Assembly (NCBI RefSeq): GCF_036588685.1
Contig: NC_086378.1
Location: forward strand, 33,046,001 to 33,110,000
Reading direction: 5' to 3'
Length of the DNA stretch: 64,000 bases
From: Mytilus trossulus
Taxonomy: Eukaryota
The position numbers and the translations under genes are program-made. Positions 36,040 through 46,995 of the stretch are shown piece by piece. The notes below the pieces were generated by a model, which was not told the origin of the DNA, made no database searches, and worked only from the letters and a program-made list of their open reading frames with translations. Numbering within the stretch: position 1 is the first letter of the stretch; every line of letters begins with the position of its first letter.

Positions 36040-36561
36040 ACCTGAGCTCACTTTTTGATATTTTTTAACATTGCCATGAAAGCGGTAGGTTTGGCCAGCC
36101 ATAATACCAGGTTCAACCCACCATTTTTCTTCAAATGTCCTGAGCAAAGTCAGGAATATGGCAGTTGTAATCGAATAGTTCGTTTTTATGTCTGTTCGCG
36201 TTTTTTTTTTTTTTTTTTTGTTGCACTTCAGTGTTTCTGTTGTTCCGTTGTTTTCCTCTTATAGTTGATGAGTTTCCCTCGGTTTTATTTTGTAAATAGA
36301 TATAAGAAGATGTGGTATGAGTACCAATGAGAACACTCTCCATCCAAATCACAATTTGTAAAAGTAAACCATTATTGGTCAAAGTACGGCCTTCAACACG
36401 GAGCCTTTGCTTACACCGAAGAGCAAGCATTAAAAGGCCCCAAAATGACTAGTGTAAAACCATTTAAACAGGAAAACCAACGGTCTAATGTTACCTGGAT
36501 TTGTTTTCTCTCAATCGATTTATGACTTTTGAACAGCGGTATACCACTGTTGTCTTTATTT
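36040..36561 (+). mobile_element. Family-C retro-repeat split by a family-A insertion (36297-36489); other copies ~185-320(-), 4320-4600(+), 58440-58520(-)
   Basis: Shared aagtcaggaatatggcagttgt..tctctcaatcgatttatgactt..gaacagcggtata.cactgttgtctttattt. Confidence 0.7.
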
Positions 36562-36684
36562 GAACGCATATCTTCTCAACGACAATTTTTAAGAACGGCA
36601 GATGTTTGGAAAGTAAATCTTGTTGTTGTCTAAATCAGTTGCTGACTTTATGTTACTTTTGTATTTCGCCAGAAATACACACAC

Positions 36685-38053
36685 CAGGCTCGTAGCTACG
36701 TTTACGTCAAAACGCCGGGGCGTGCACTTAAATTTTGGTAAAGAAATATGTTAATCTAAATAAATTAAAAAGAACTGGTTAAAAACATATGAGCCTTGTA
36801 ACTCTTCTTCAATAGCTTGTTATTGCGAATAAAAGTGACGAAATTTACTATTCAATCAAATGGTACCATGTTACATATTTGTTAATTTTCTGTCTGTCAA
36901 AGTCTGATTCTACTGTGAATTCTACTTACTTTCCTTTTGTTTAAAGCAAATCATTATTTGCTGAGATTCGATATGTGCTTTGCATTTTTGTCGAGCCTGC
37001 GACATTTATGTCGCAAAAGCGAGTCAAAGCGATCCTAGATATCGTCGGCGGCGTCAACATTTAGGTTCAGTATGTGCTTAAATTTTTTTTTTTAAATATC
37101 AATAACTTTGTCAAACCTTCATGCAATTATACGAACGTTGGACAGAGGCCTGTCATTATCAAAAGAGTATCCGGGGCATAATGAAGACATACTATTTTGA
37201 ATTTTCCCGTAATTTACTGATAAAAGGAATTTCTTTTTGCTGTTATTAAGTAGATACAGTTTAGGATTAAAGTTTGTTACATATCAATTACTTTGTCGAA
37301 CCTTCATCGAATTTTATGAAACTTTGGCAGAAGCTTTTTTTATGATTAATGTCTGAAGCAAAATTTTGAAAGTATTTTTTTTTCATTTTTCAGTTGACAG
37401 ACGGACTTATCTTTTCGCAATTAACAGCCAGTCTGGGATTATTATTTTTTACATATAAATTTGAAAACCTTAAGAGATTGTCCTGAAACTTGGGCAGAAG
37501 TTAATATTCCAGATCAAGAAAAAAATATCTAAAGAAAATGTTTGATTTTTAAAAATCTTGTAATGAACTGATAAATGGATTCAATTTTCGCGGGAAGTAA
37601 TCCTAGGCGAAGACCACGGTTCCACGGATCCCTTTACGAATTTTCATAATATACCTGAACATCTATGCAAATTAATCGTTTCATGTCCATTAACGAAATT
37701 GCACAAAAAGGGGTTTTGATCGAGTGATTGCTTTACCCCACGGCTCCTTTTTAAACATATTTTAAAGTAACTGGAATGGACATTTTCTTTAACACAAATG
37801 ATAATTAGATTCCAAATTAACACAATGAGTAGATTAAACATAAATATAAAAAGAAAATGAAATTAGACTCTAAAGTATGTTGCTATTAATGAGTTTTTAA
37901 TGACAGAAATGGTATCTCATTCTCGATAACTCGTGAGCTTTCGGGGGCTTCGCCACCTCTAACCCACTACCAGTAGGTGCCATAACCTGGACCCGATTTG
38001 GGCCCTCAAACCCCTGTTGGGTTCGGGCGTACACTGGCCTGGCTACGCCACTG
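36685..38053. mobile_element. hAT-like non-autonomous element containing a nested Helentron-like repeat
   Basis: CAGgctCGTAGC ... GCTACGccaCTG termini; flanks cacacac/cacacgc. Confidence 0.5.
36986..37645 (+). mobile_element. Helentron-associated element
   Basis: tttttgtcgagcc + tgcgaca..tgtcgca stem, cggcggcgtc, repeated cores with gaaacttgg, 3' ggcgaagac + hairpin. Confidence 0.6.
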
Positions 38054-40661
38054 CACACGCTTTTACTTCGAAGGATAGTTAGCTCGGGCTTTACAAATAC
38101 GAGATATGAATATGTCCATGCGAAAATCGAGAAACAGTTTTTGATTTTTGATAAAAACGATTAACGCATGTGTTTGTGTTCTTGATATCCATCTTAGAAG
38201 GAACAAGAGCCAACACATTTCTAGGTCCATTAAGAGTCGTTTGGTATTCAGATTAGGACTGATAATGTTTTTTTCATGACGAAAAGGGAGGGGGAAGAAA
38301 ATCAAGTAAGAAGCCAAAATTTGAAAGAAATATATTCAATATGCTAATAATAATCCGAGCGAGTGACAAAACATAAATGACTGGGGCTATAAAAGCTAAA
38401 ACTTGTATATATGTTACAGGCAGTTTCTTAATTTATGCATTTTGTAAAAACAAACATGACCTTGTACGGTGAAATCTGTGAGGAGATTTTGTTTTACTGT
38501 GCAGCATGAAAGAACTTGCATTTTTGTGAATGGGGACATTAATATGATGCCTTGTGTATAAAAAGTGTCACGCTCTCTGAACGTTAAGAACTCTTCCTCC
38601 AAGGTGGCCTGTTGGGCGGTAACATTTGTTTTATACACCATACCTTCTTTTGAAACGGCAGTCAAAATTTCTGTCCTTAATCTGATCAATCCATTGCATA
38701 ACACGTCATAATGTCAAGGGTCAAAGTTCAAACTTGAAATAAAGGATGTCATTGATTATGTTACCTATCTTCTGCTTTTCTTTTTTTTTTCAGATTTGAT
38801 GGTTGTAGTGACATTGTGTACCCGGAGATTGAGTCATCTTCTTCAATGTTATTTGCATTGTTTTGCCATCACCGTTTTTTTTCTTCAAATTGCATGAAAT
38901 TCAAAATATTTTATAACCATGTAAATACAATGTATCATAAGAAATGTTTTAATATATAAATAGATCAAAAGGATTTGGGGTGTAAAAGATGTTAGCGCTT
39001 TTCATTAACCTATGATAACACATCGATAAAAAAAAAAAAAACATAAAATTTACAAAAAAATTATTTTGCTGATGCCTTCTGGAGTACTAAGTTATACTGT
39101 GAATCCGTCTTACAATTTCTTTGGTTATCTTAATAGTCGTTCACAGAACGGCATTACATACCGCAATAAGGAAGATGTCCTAGAGAAAAAAAAGTTCAAG
39201 ATGCTTTTGAAGTGTGCATCTCCTTTTTCCGTACCGTTTCCTTACTGTGACTTAATTATAAGTGTTTATCTCCACTTATTGCAGTTTATTCAAAATTCTG
39301 ACTATTTTTATTTTTTTTTCAAATCTAAATTCAACTGGTCACAAATTTTAATCTACTGTAAAGTCATGTCAACAAAGAAATAAAATAAGGCATCCTTACA
39401 GTCCTATGAAACTATTCTTTAAATAGTAATTTTGTTATTACAATCCTGTATAAGACTTAAATTCCACTTTTTCAGCTATGTAGTATCAAAGTATGGCTAA
39501 AACATTTTTTGTATATATGTTTTGTCATGAGTTATTAAAAGATGCACGTGAGGTTGTTATTTTTTTATTGATATCAAAATATCCAAATTTAACTTTTATT
39601 CTATTTATTTGTCATTGGAAGGTGAGGCTGTAATTTTTTAATTGATATAAAAATGTCAAATTTAATTGTCATTCTATTACTTTTACAAGACGTTTTTTAT
39701 ATTAATTAAAATCAGACAACAGTTTGAATTAAAACATTAAATATTCAGTAAGATATATGTGAATCTGTAATAAATAATTTCAATCAAAGTTAATCTAAAA
39801 TCATCGATCCCCCTTTTTGAAAAATTGATCGTATACTCCGTTAAGTATAGAATGACACCTGTGGAGCTGGATCACCTTATCATTCCAGAGCACCTGAACA
39901 TCCCCGGTTTTTTTTGGTGGGTTTTGTGTTGCTCGGTCTTCAGTTTTCTATGGTGTGTTACATATACTGCTCTTTGATTTGTCTTTTGCTCTTTTTCTGT
40001 TTTAGCCATGGGGTTGTCAGTTTAGTTTTGTTTGAATTTCCCTTTGTTATCTTTCGCCTCTCTTTTAAGGCTAAAAGCATCTTTCACCAATTATTTCATA
40101 TTCTAATTTTTAGACAGCTTTTTAGCATGCATAGAAAAACAACATTTTAGGAGAAATAATTCATTGTAATTCAAAACATTTTTTAGCCTTTCAAAAATCG
40201 TTAATTGACCTTTCAAATTACTTATTACAAAAAAATGTGTTAAAAAAATTTAGACAACATGTTTATAGCTCTCATTATGTATAAATACAAACATTGCAAG
40301 GTTTTAAGTATGCTTTATTTCACTTATTTAAACTTTGCACTTTGTTGACTTGACTTTGCAGTTACAAGTTTTGATCAGTTGAACAATATGATTTGATAAA
40401 ACAAATTGCAATTTGGTCGGTACATTGCTTGAACTGCATTACGTTTGAGAGAAACCCTAATAGTCAAGTCACGGTAAAAAACGTTTACATTGCTTCGTGA
40501 TGTCTGGGTTTTTTCTTCTTCTTAGAATACCATACAACGTTTTTCAGTATGCCGCTTTAGCAGCAGAGTTAACCCCGTCTCCAACGGGGTTTGCATCACC
40601 CAATCTTTAGTTTTTGTAGTGTTTGGTGGCTTGTTTGTTATGTCTGTTCGTCTTCTCTTTT

Positions 40662-41404
40662 TATTCTAGTCGATTTGTGCAGAATTTTAGAAAAATTGCG
40701 CAGATTGTGGTAAAACCATGAAATTTGGCATAATAGTAGTATAGGTCATGGAAAACATTTTCAGCTATGGACCCACTCTGAAACTCGAAAATGCCGGGAA
40801 AGGCGGATATTTTTAAGATGGCGGACGTTTGATTTCTAAAAGATACTTTAAAAATTCATGAAAATTATATTAGTAAAGATATTGACATGAAACATGTTAA
40901 AAAGAGTGACAGTGCTTATATCAATTGCCTTGTTGAACAAAATTTATTAAAAAGTATTGAATGGCGGCCATCTTGAAAAATCTTGAAATTCAAAATTAAG
41001 CCAAAATAGGTAGATCTCCAAATTAAAAATTCGATGAAAATCAATCATGTGGTTGATATTGTTTATCTGAAAACAACTTTAAAAATTCTTCCATGGCAGA
41101 CATAATGAGTATCATATCATGCAAATAATTTCATAAGGAAATCACCTGCTCAATTTTTTTCAATTGATGTTAAAAATATCACACAATGCATGAGTTGTAC
41201 ATGTCTTATCAATCCACACAATAGCTGTCTCCGTCTATTTTATCCTATCACATTGTCCTCCAAATATTCACAGAGTAGTATTTAATACTGCCTTTACATA
41301 TTTGCATCGTCCTCTGCAATCGTTTTACCTTTTACATTCTCATTTTATTAGTTAAGCGCAGGACTTATACGCTTGCTTCAGCGATGTCTAGAAGGGTTCC
41401 CATA
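40662..41404 (-). mobile_element. Academ-like DNA transposon, 3' end fragment
   Basis: ~150-bp TIR similar to those at 41405 and 44587; minus strand 41403-41240 reads WEPF..LIK.ECK..DCRGRCK.VKA.L..GGQC, a Cys-rich (CXC-like) transposase C-terminus. Confidence 0.7.
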
Positions 41405-44400
41405 TAGTCCAGTCGTTTTGTACTCAGATGGTGGCAACAGCTTCAAACTTTGCAGAGTTTTATATAATGGTCAAATCAAACATTTATAGCTATGGACATA
41501 TTAAAATGATTTCAGAAAATTAAAAACGGTCTGCTTTTGGCGGCATTTTTAATGGCCGCCAGGAAATTGATAAAAAAAATATAAAAAAATATTAAAAAAA
41601 AATGGCTCTACCAATTTTGAAACAGAACGACTATCATCTGAGGAATTCAGATATTCAAGTACTTGAATGGGGGCCATTTTGAAAACAAGAATTTCCAATA
41701 TAGCATCATTCGCTATTTTCATTAATTTACTATTTGCATTTATACATTTGTTTTAATGCATTGACAACTAGTTTAGCAAAATCATTGTTTTATGACTTTT
41801 GCTATTTATATTGGATATTCATCAAGTGGTCAAATAAGGCAGGCACATGTTTACGAAATCGAGGTATCTGATTCAAAATTGTTTTACTTACAAGTTTGCC
41901 TAAGTTACTTTTACCACAGAAATTACGTATATATATAATATAATTTATGACCATACTTTGTCGAAAAGGATAAACATTGTAGATATCGAAAACACTGGAG
42001 CTGAGTAATCTAATGATCAAATGGACTGGAAGAAATGTGTGAAAAGCCAAGTGAGAACACTTGAGGATTTACAATGCCAAACAGATACAAAAAGAACAGC
42101 ATAAACATTTGAGCTGGTAATCAGATGCTAGAATACAAAGATTATTCGCATTGAATTGATTCCTCCCATCGCTCAATTTGGAACAGTTGAATGAAGGCTA
42201 TGGAACTGCAGAAACACTCTAGAATCACAAGGTGAAATGGCACAAATCCGGTCGAAACACAATTTCAGATCTTAAAATATTACATCAGGAAAATCGAAAA
42301 CATACTTTTGAAGTTGAAGATAAGTCGCCGATTGAAAAAAAACAATAAAATAACCAGTCACAGTCAATTTGTGCTGAATTAACAAGAACAATGACTGCCG
42401 TATTTTTTTTCTGTGGTGATGTATCTGATGATCTCCACGATGCATCTACATAAGAGAAAGTGAATGTGCACTTGCACTACAAGACAATGTTCTCTTATCC
42501 AAACTAAGTTCTGGGGATGTAATATCACAGGAGGTCAAGTATCATGCTTAATTTTTGCTAAAACTTGACAACATGGCAAGTAGGTAGAATCCAAAAACAT
42601 TAATGGAAATCCATGAATCTGTTATCATTGGAAATGTGCTTGCCGAAATAATAGAATACATCGACGGCACACGGCCTGGAACAGATATTGTGCCAATCTT
42701 CAAGCTTGTCGCTCGAGCTAAATTGTATAGTAAATGCATTGAATAACTTGGAGAGTCATGGAAGGAAGAATTGATACAACGCGTCTTTAAAAAATGAAAA
42801 CTAGCTGCCATAGCGGATCTACAAGCACACAAGCAAGGTAGATTTGTTCTCCTGATTTTGAACGACGGTGTTTGTGAAAGTGGGAAGCAGGCCACATCTC
42901 AAAAGCGTTGAAATGAAGACATCATCATAGCCAAAAAGAGTTAAAATAGTTTGAAGAGATATGCTTGATACTAAGAATAGCTTTACAGGGACATTCAATA
43001 ACAGCTGTCAACATTAATCAGTTCCACAGACATACCGTATAGCGGGTTATTTTCGCGGGGTGCAAATTTTCTCTTATTTTCGCGGATAGAACAAAATCGC
43101 CAAAATAAGTTCCGCCAAATTAAAGGTGTACATACAAAGGTATGGATACAAGTTTTTAATACGCCAAAATAATAACCGCCAAAATATTTCGCATACCTTG
43201 TTCAATGAAAATCGCGAAATTTTACACCCGCGAAAATAACCCGCTATACGGTAATTGTCCTTAATGAGAATGATTCTAGGTGGGCCTAACATTCAGATAC
43301 AGTCCAGTAATATCGTTGAATCGCAGAGAGCATTAACTATTTTGCAGTTATAACATTTCAATTAAGCAATTCGTTTTTATTTTATTTCTGTGTCTTTGGA
43401 TTCTGTCTTATTGTCGTGTTGTGCAGTTTTAACAAACATTTAGCATGATACCGCAGCTCCTGTGATATCAAATTTCCAGCAATGAGTTTTGCTAAGAGAA
43501 CAATGGTTTGTAGTTCAAGTATACAATCATGCACATATTTTTTTGTCGATCATAAATGTTGATGCTTCGTGAAATCGTCGGATACATCACCTCAAACTCA
43601 ACTCCCTGCAGTCATTGTTCTTGTTGATTTACCCCAACTGTGTCTGGTTATTTTACTGGTATTTTCAATCGGTGACTCATCTTCAACTTCAGAAATATGA
43701 TTTCTTTTTTCCTGACGAAATAATTTGAGATTTGAACTTTTCTCTTGACAAGATAAGTACCATTTTGCCTTGTGATACTTGACTGTTTCTGCAATTCCGT
43801 GGCCTTCATTCAACTGTTCCAAGTGGAGTGATGCGAGATAGTAATTCTATGCTCAACATTTTTGTATGCTATCATCAACAGACTGATAACCAGTTCCAAT
43901 GTCTTTGTCTGTTCTTTTGGTTTCTGCTGGGAATTGTAAATCCTCACAGTCTATTTTTTCATTATATTTGTCAGCTCCAGTGATTTCAATCTACAATTTT
44001 TATTCTTTGATATAGTGTGGTCATAAATTTTCTTGTGTATACGTCATTTTCTGTTGTAAAAAGTTACTTAGGCAAACCTGTTATTAAAAGAAATCATGTA
44101 TTAGATACATTTATTTTGTCAACATACGCATGCCTGAATGATTCGAACACTTGGTGAATATCTAATATAAATAGCAACAGACATATAACAACGATTTGCG
44201 AAACGAGTTGTAAATGCATCAAAACATTCGTATAAATGCAGATAGAAAATCATCAAAAAAGCAAATAATATTATATTGGAAATTCTTGTTTCCAATATGG
44301 CCACCAGCACTTCAATATCTGAAGACCTCAGATGAGAGTCTTTGTCATTAGTGATTTATGTACCAAAGATTACCAAAATAGGGCTAGCCGGTTTTTTTAA

Positions 44401-44587
44401 TATTTTTTTTAAATGATTTCTATTGATTTTATGGCGTCCATTTTAAAATGGCCGCCTAGAGCAGCCATTTTGATTTCCTGAATTGGGTTCATAGCTATAA
44501 ATGTTTGCTATGACCTTAACTTAAATTCTGCAAAGTTTGAAGCTTTTACCACAATCTGAACAATTGTTTCACAAACCGACTGGACTA
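41405..44587. mobile_element. Academ-like composite: two 5' halves in inverted orientation
   Basis: Termini TAGTCCAGTCG...CGACTGGACTA with long imperfect TIRs. Transposase remnants on + (LEQLNEGYGTAETL.NHKVKWHKS; FFCG..LHDAST..ECALALQDNVLLSKLSSGDVISQEVKYH, ~42170-42570) and on - (EQLNEGHGIAETVKYHKAKWYLSC, 43822-43598). Confidence 0.75.
43035..43251. mobile_element. Tc1/mariner(pogo)-type MITE nested in Academ
   Basis: Perfect 25-bp TIR CCGTATAGCGGGTTATTTTCGCGGG, flanked by TA on both sides. Confidence 0.9.
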
Positions 44588-45528
44588 TAAATACAATATA
44601 AAATCAGAAAAGAATGCAATTAGGCAACATTTGGTCTAATAGTATAAGTTAAATTTGACCGATTATATAAAAAATAGTCATCGAACTTTGAATAGTTTAG
44701 GAGATTTTATCCCCCATCAAGCGAAACATGCAGTCAAATGGTATCGTCCTTTCATTAGAAAACCATGTAGAAGTTCTGCCACATTGAAGTTATGGAAAAG
44801 TCGGCAAGAACAGGAGCACAGCTGGGGGTCTTATAAGAAAGCCGACTGTATATTGAAACACAAGGCCATGTTCACACCAAACGTGACATAACGTAAACAT
44901 GTAACAATTAGATTCATGTAACTCTATTTTCACATTAGATTTTCAACATTTTCCGTCAGTTTTAATTACATTTCATACGATTAACGAAAAGTAATTGAAA
45001 TGTACGTTACATAAAAATGAATTGAAAATTTCTCTTTTCAATTTTTTGTTGCAGTAAGCCACCGCCTATTCCTTTTTTCCCCAGTTAAGAGGTCATTGCA
45101 ATTTTATAATTGATTTGCTTGATTCAAAATTTCTAAAAACTATTTGTTTCAGATGTAAGTGAAGAAAACTAGACTGTTTCCATTAAAAAAAAAAGTAAAA
45201 AAATAAATCAAACATTGAGTTTCAAAACAAAAAAATCTTGTTTCTGAATGTTCTTGAAAAAAAAACCAGTTTTGTTTTGATAAATTTTAGAGAGAGAAAA
45301 ATTGTCCCAAAAGAGGAAAAACCTGCATGTATTCGGGTAATCCTGCTGTCAGAGATTTATAAATGCCACAGATTCTGTGAATGCGTCCACATACTGTTTC
45401 TATCGTAATTATTCATAATATAAAATTCACGTTCTGGATAGCTAGTTTTATGTAAAAACATGGCCTCCATTGACTATCGACTTCATGTAATCAAATAGTT
45501 TTCAAAGGTACCAGGATTATAATTTAGT

Positions 45529-45572
45529 ACGCCAGACGCGCGTTTCGTCTACATAAGACTCATCAGTGATGA
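45529..45572 (-). ncRNA. Type I hammerhead ribozyme motif in a retrozyme-like repeat (catalytic core intact)
   Basis: Minus strand: uca-CUGAUGA-GUCU uaugu AGAC-GAAA-C gcgc GUC-uggcgu; stem I is weakened in this copy. Confidence 0.8.
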
Positions 45573-46089
45573 TCATATCAAAATATCAAAACCTGATTAA
45601 AACTACATGTAAACGTTGATATCTATAAATGGAACGTAGAAGAGTTCATTACGTGTTGTTGATACCAACACCACACCGAGTTTAGCTCAATGTGAACACG
45701 ACAAAATATGAAATTAAGTATTTTGATGTTAGTTTTTAAACTTTTTTGTTTGAATCAAAGATCTGTGTAATTTCTACCTTTGATTATATAAGATATTTGT
45801 ATCTACGTTGTTGATTCTTTTTGTGAAACAAACCTGTATTGTTTTCTCTCAATCGGTATTTACATTTATGATAAGAAAACCTTGTTTAAAGATAAGAACA
45901 ATCAAACGTGTTTATACTAGGGGAGATGGAGTGTAAGTGTACTCCAAAAGATATAATGACTAGTTAGTATCAATATTTGATTTCTCTAGCGTAAGCAGAA
46001 TCACAACATCTCCAAAGTCAAGTTTTGATTCCAGCTAAAAAAAAAGTAATCTGAAAAGCGGTTTCGTGGAGCATTTGGCAGATCAAGCA

Positions 46090-46382
46090 ATATAACGTTG
46101 TTTGTGAGGACACTTACCGAATTAGACTTATTACTGGGTTTATACTAACATGAGCAACACGACGGGTGCCACATGTGGAGCAGGATCTGCTTACCTTTCC
46201 GGAGCACCTGATATCACCTCCAGTTTTTGGTCGGGCTCGTGTTGCTCCGGGTTTACTTTTATATGATGTGTTTTGTGTACTACTGTTTTTTCTGTTGGTC
46301 TTTTTCTTTTTTAGTTATGGCGTGGCCGTTTATTTTCGACTTGAGTTTGAATGTTCCTCTGGTATCTTTCGCCTCTCTTTTA
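46090..46382 (+). mobile_element. Family-B retro-repeat; other copies ~4720-4945(-), 8250-8400(-), 12850-12920(-), 39850-40068(+)
   Basis: Shared tgtggagcaggat..ttccggagcacctga..ggtatctttcgcctctctttt. Confidence 0.7.
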
Positions 46383-46835
46383 CAAAATTGTGAAAAATTA
46401 TTAACCTCGATGTTGTCATAAACAAACATGGTAAGACTCAAATTATTTGGTCATTTTCAAAGTTTTCATCTCTATTACTAGACATGTTTTCGCTGCTACT
46501 TATTATTTTTATTGACAATGTATATATTAAATATATATATATAATGAGTTAAAAAAGTTTTGATAATTTTTTATATTATCAAAACAACTTGGAAAATAAT
46601 TGAACCGATCAAAAGCAATGCCCACAGAAGATTGTAGATATTTAGCGAAGTAATATCGCGAATATCGCCGTCACATTTAGCACAGACTTTGAATTATCGA
46701 CACTGGAAATCTTACGTGTAGGAAAGGCATTATGCAACGTCTCTTTTACATAAACATAGACTAACAAGCTGCCAATTAAATGAAATAAGTAAACTGAAGT
46801 TGCTTTCCCGCAATGACTCATTCCTTTGCTTAACT

Positions 46836-46841
46836 TTTATT
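46836..46841 (-). terminator. Candidate polyadenylation signal AATAAA of the P450
   Basis: tttatt on + strand, ~155 nt past the stop codon. Confidence 0.35.
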
Positions 46842-46995
46842 TGCAGTGTCAAACTTTATGTGCAAACTAAAAAAAACTCTATACTAAATATATTTTAATA
46901 TAATGTATATATATATATATGTCTGTTTGTAAGTTATACTTGTAACCTTGACTATTATCATTAATGAAATAAAAATGAATAAAGATGAATACATT

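Noticed and set aside
42548-42895. 115-aa minus-strand ORF
   Set aside because: Antisense to the decayed Academ transposase on the + strand.
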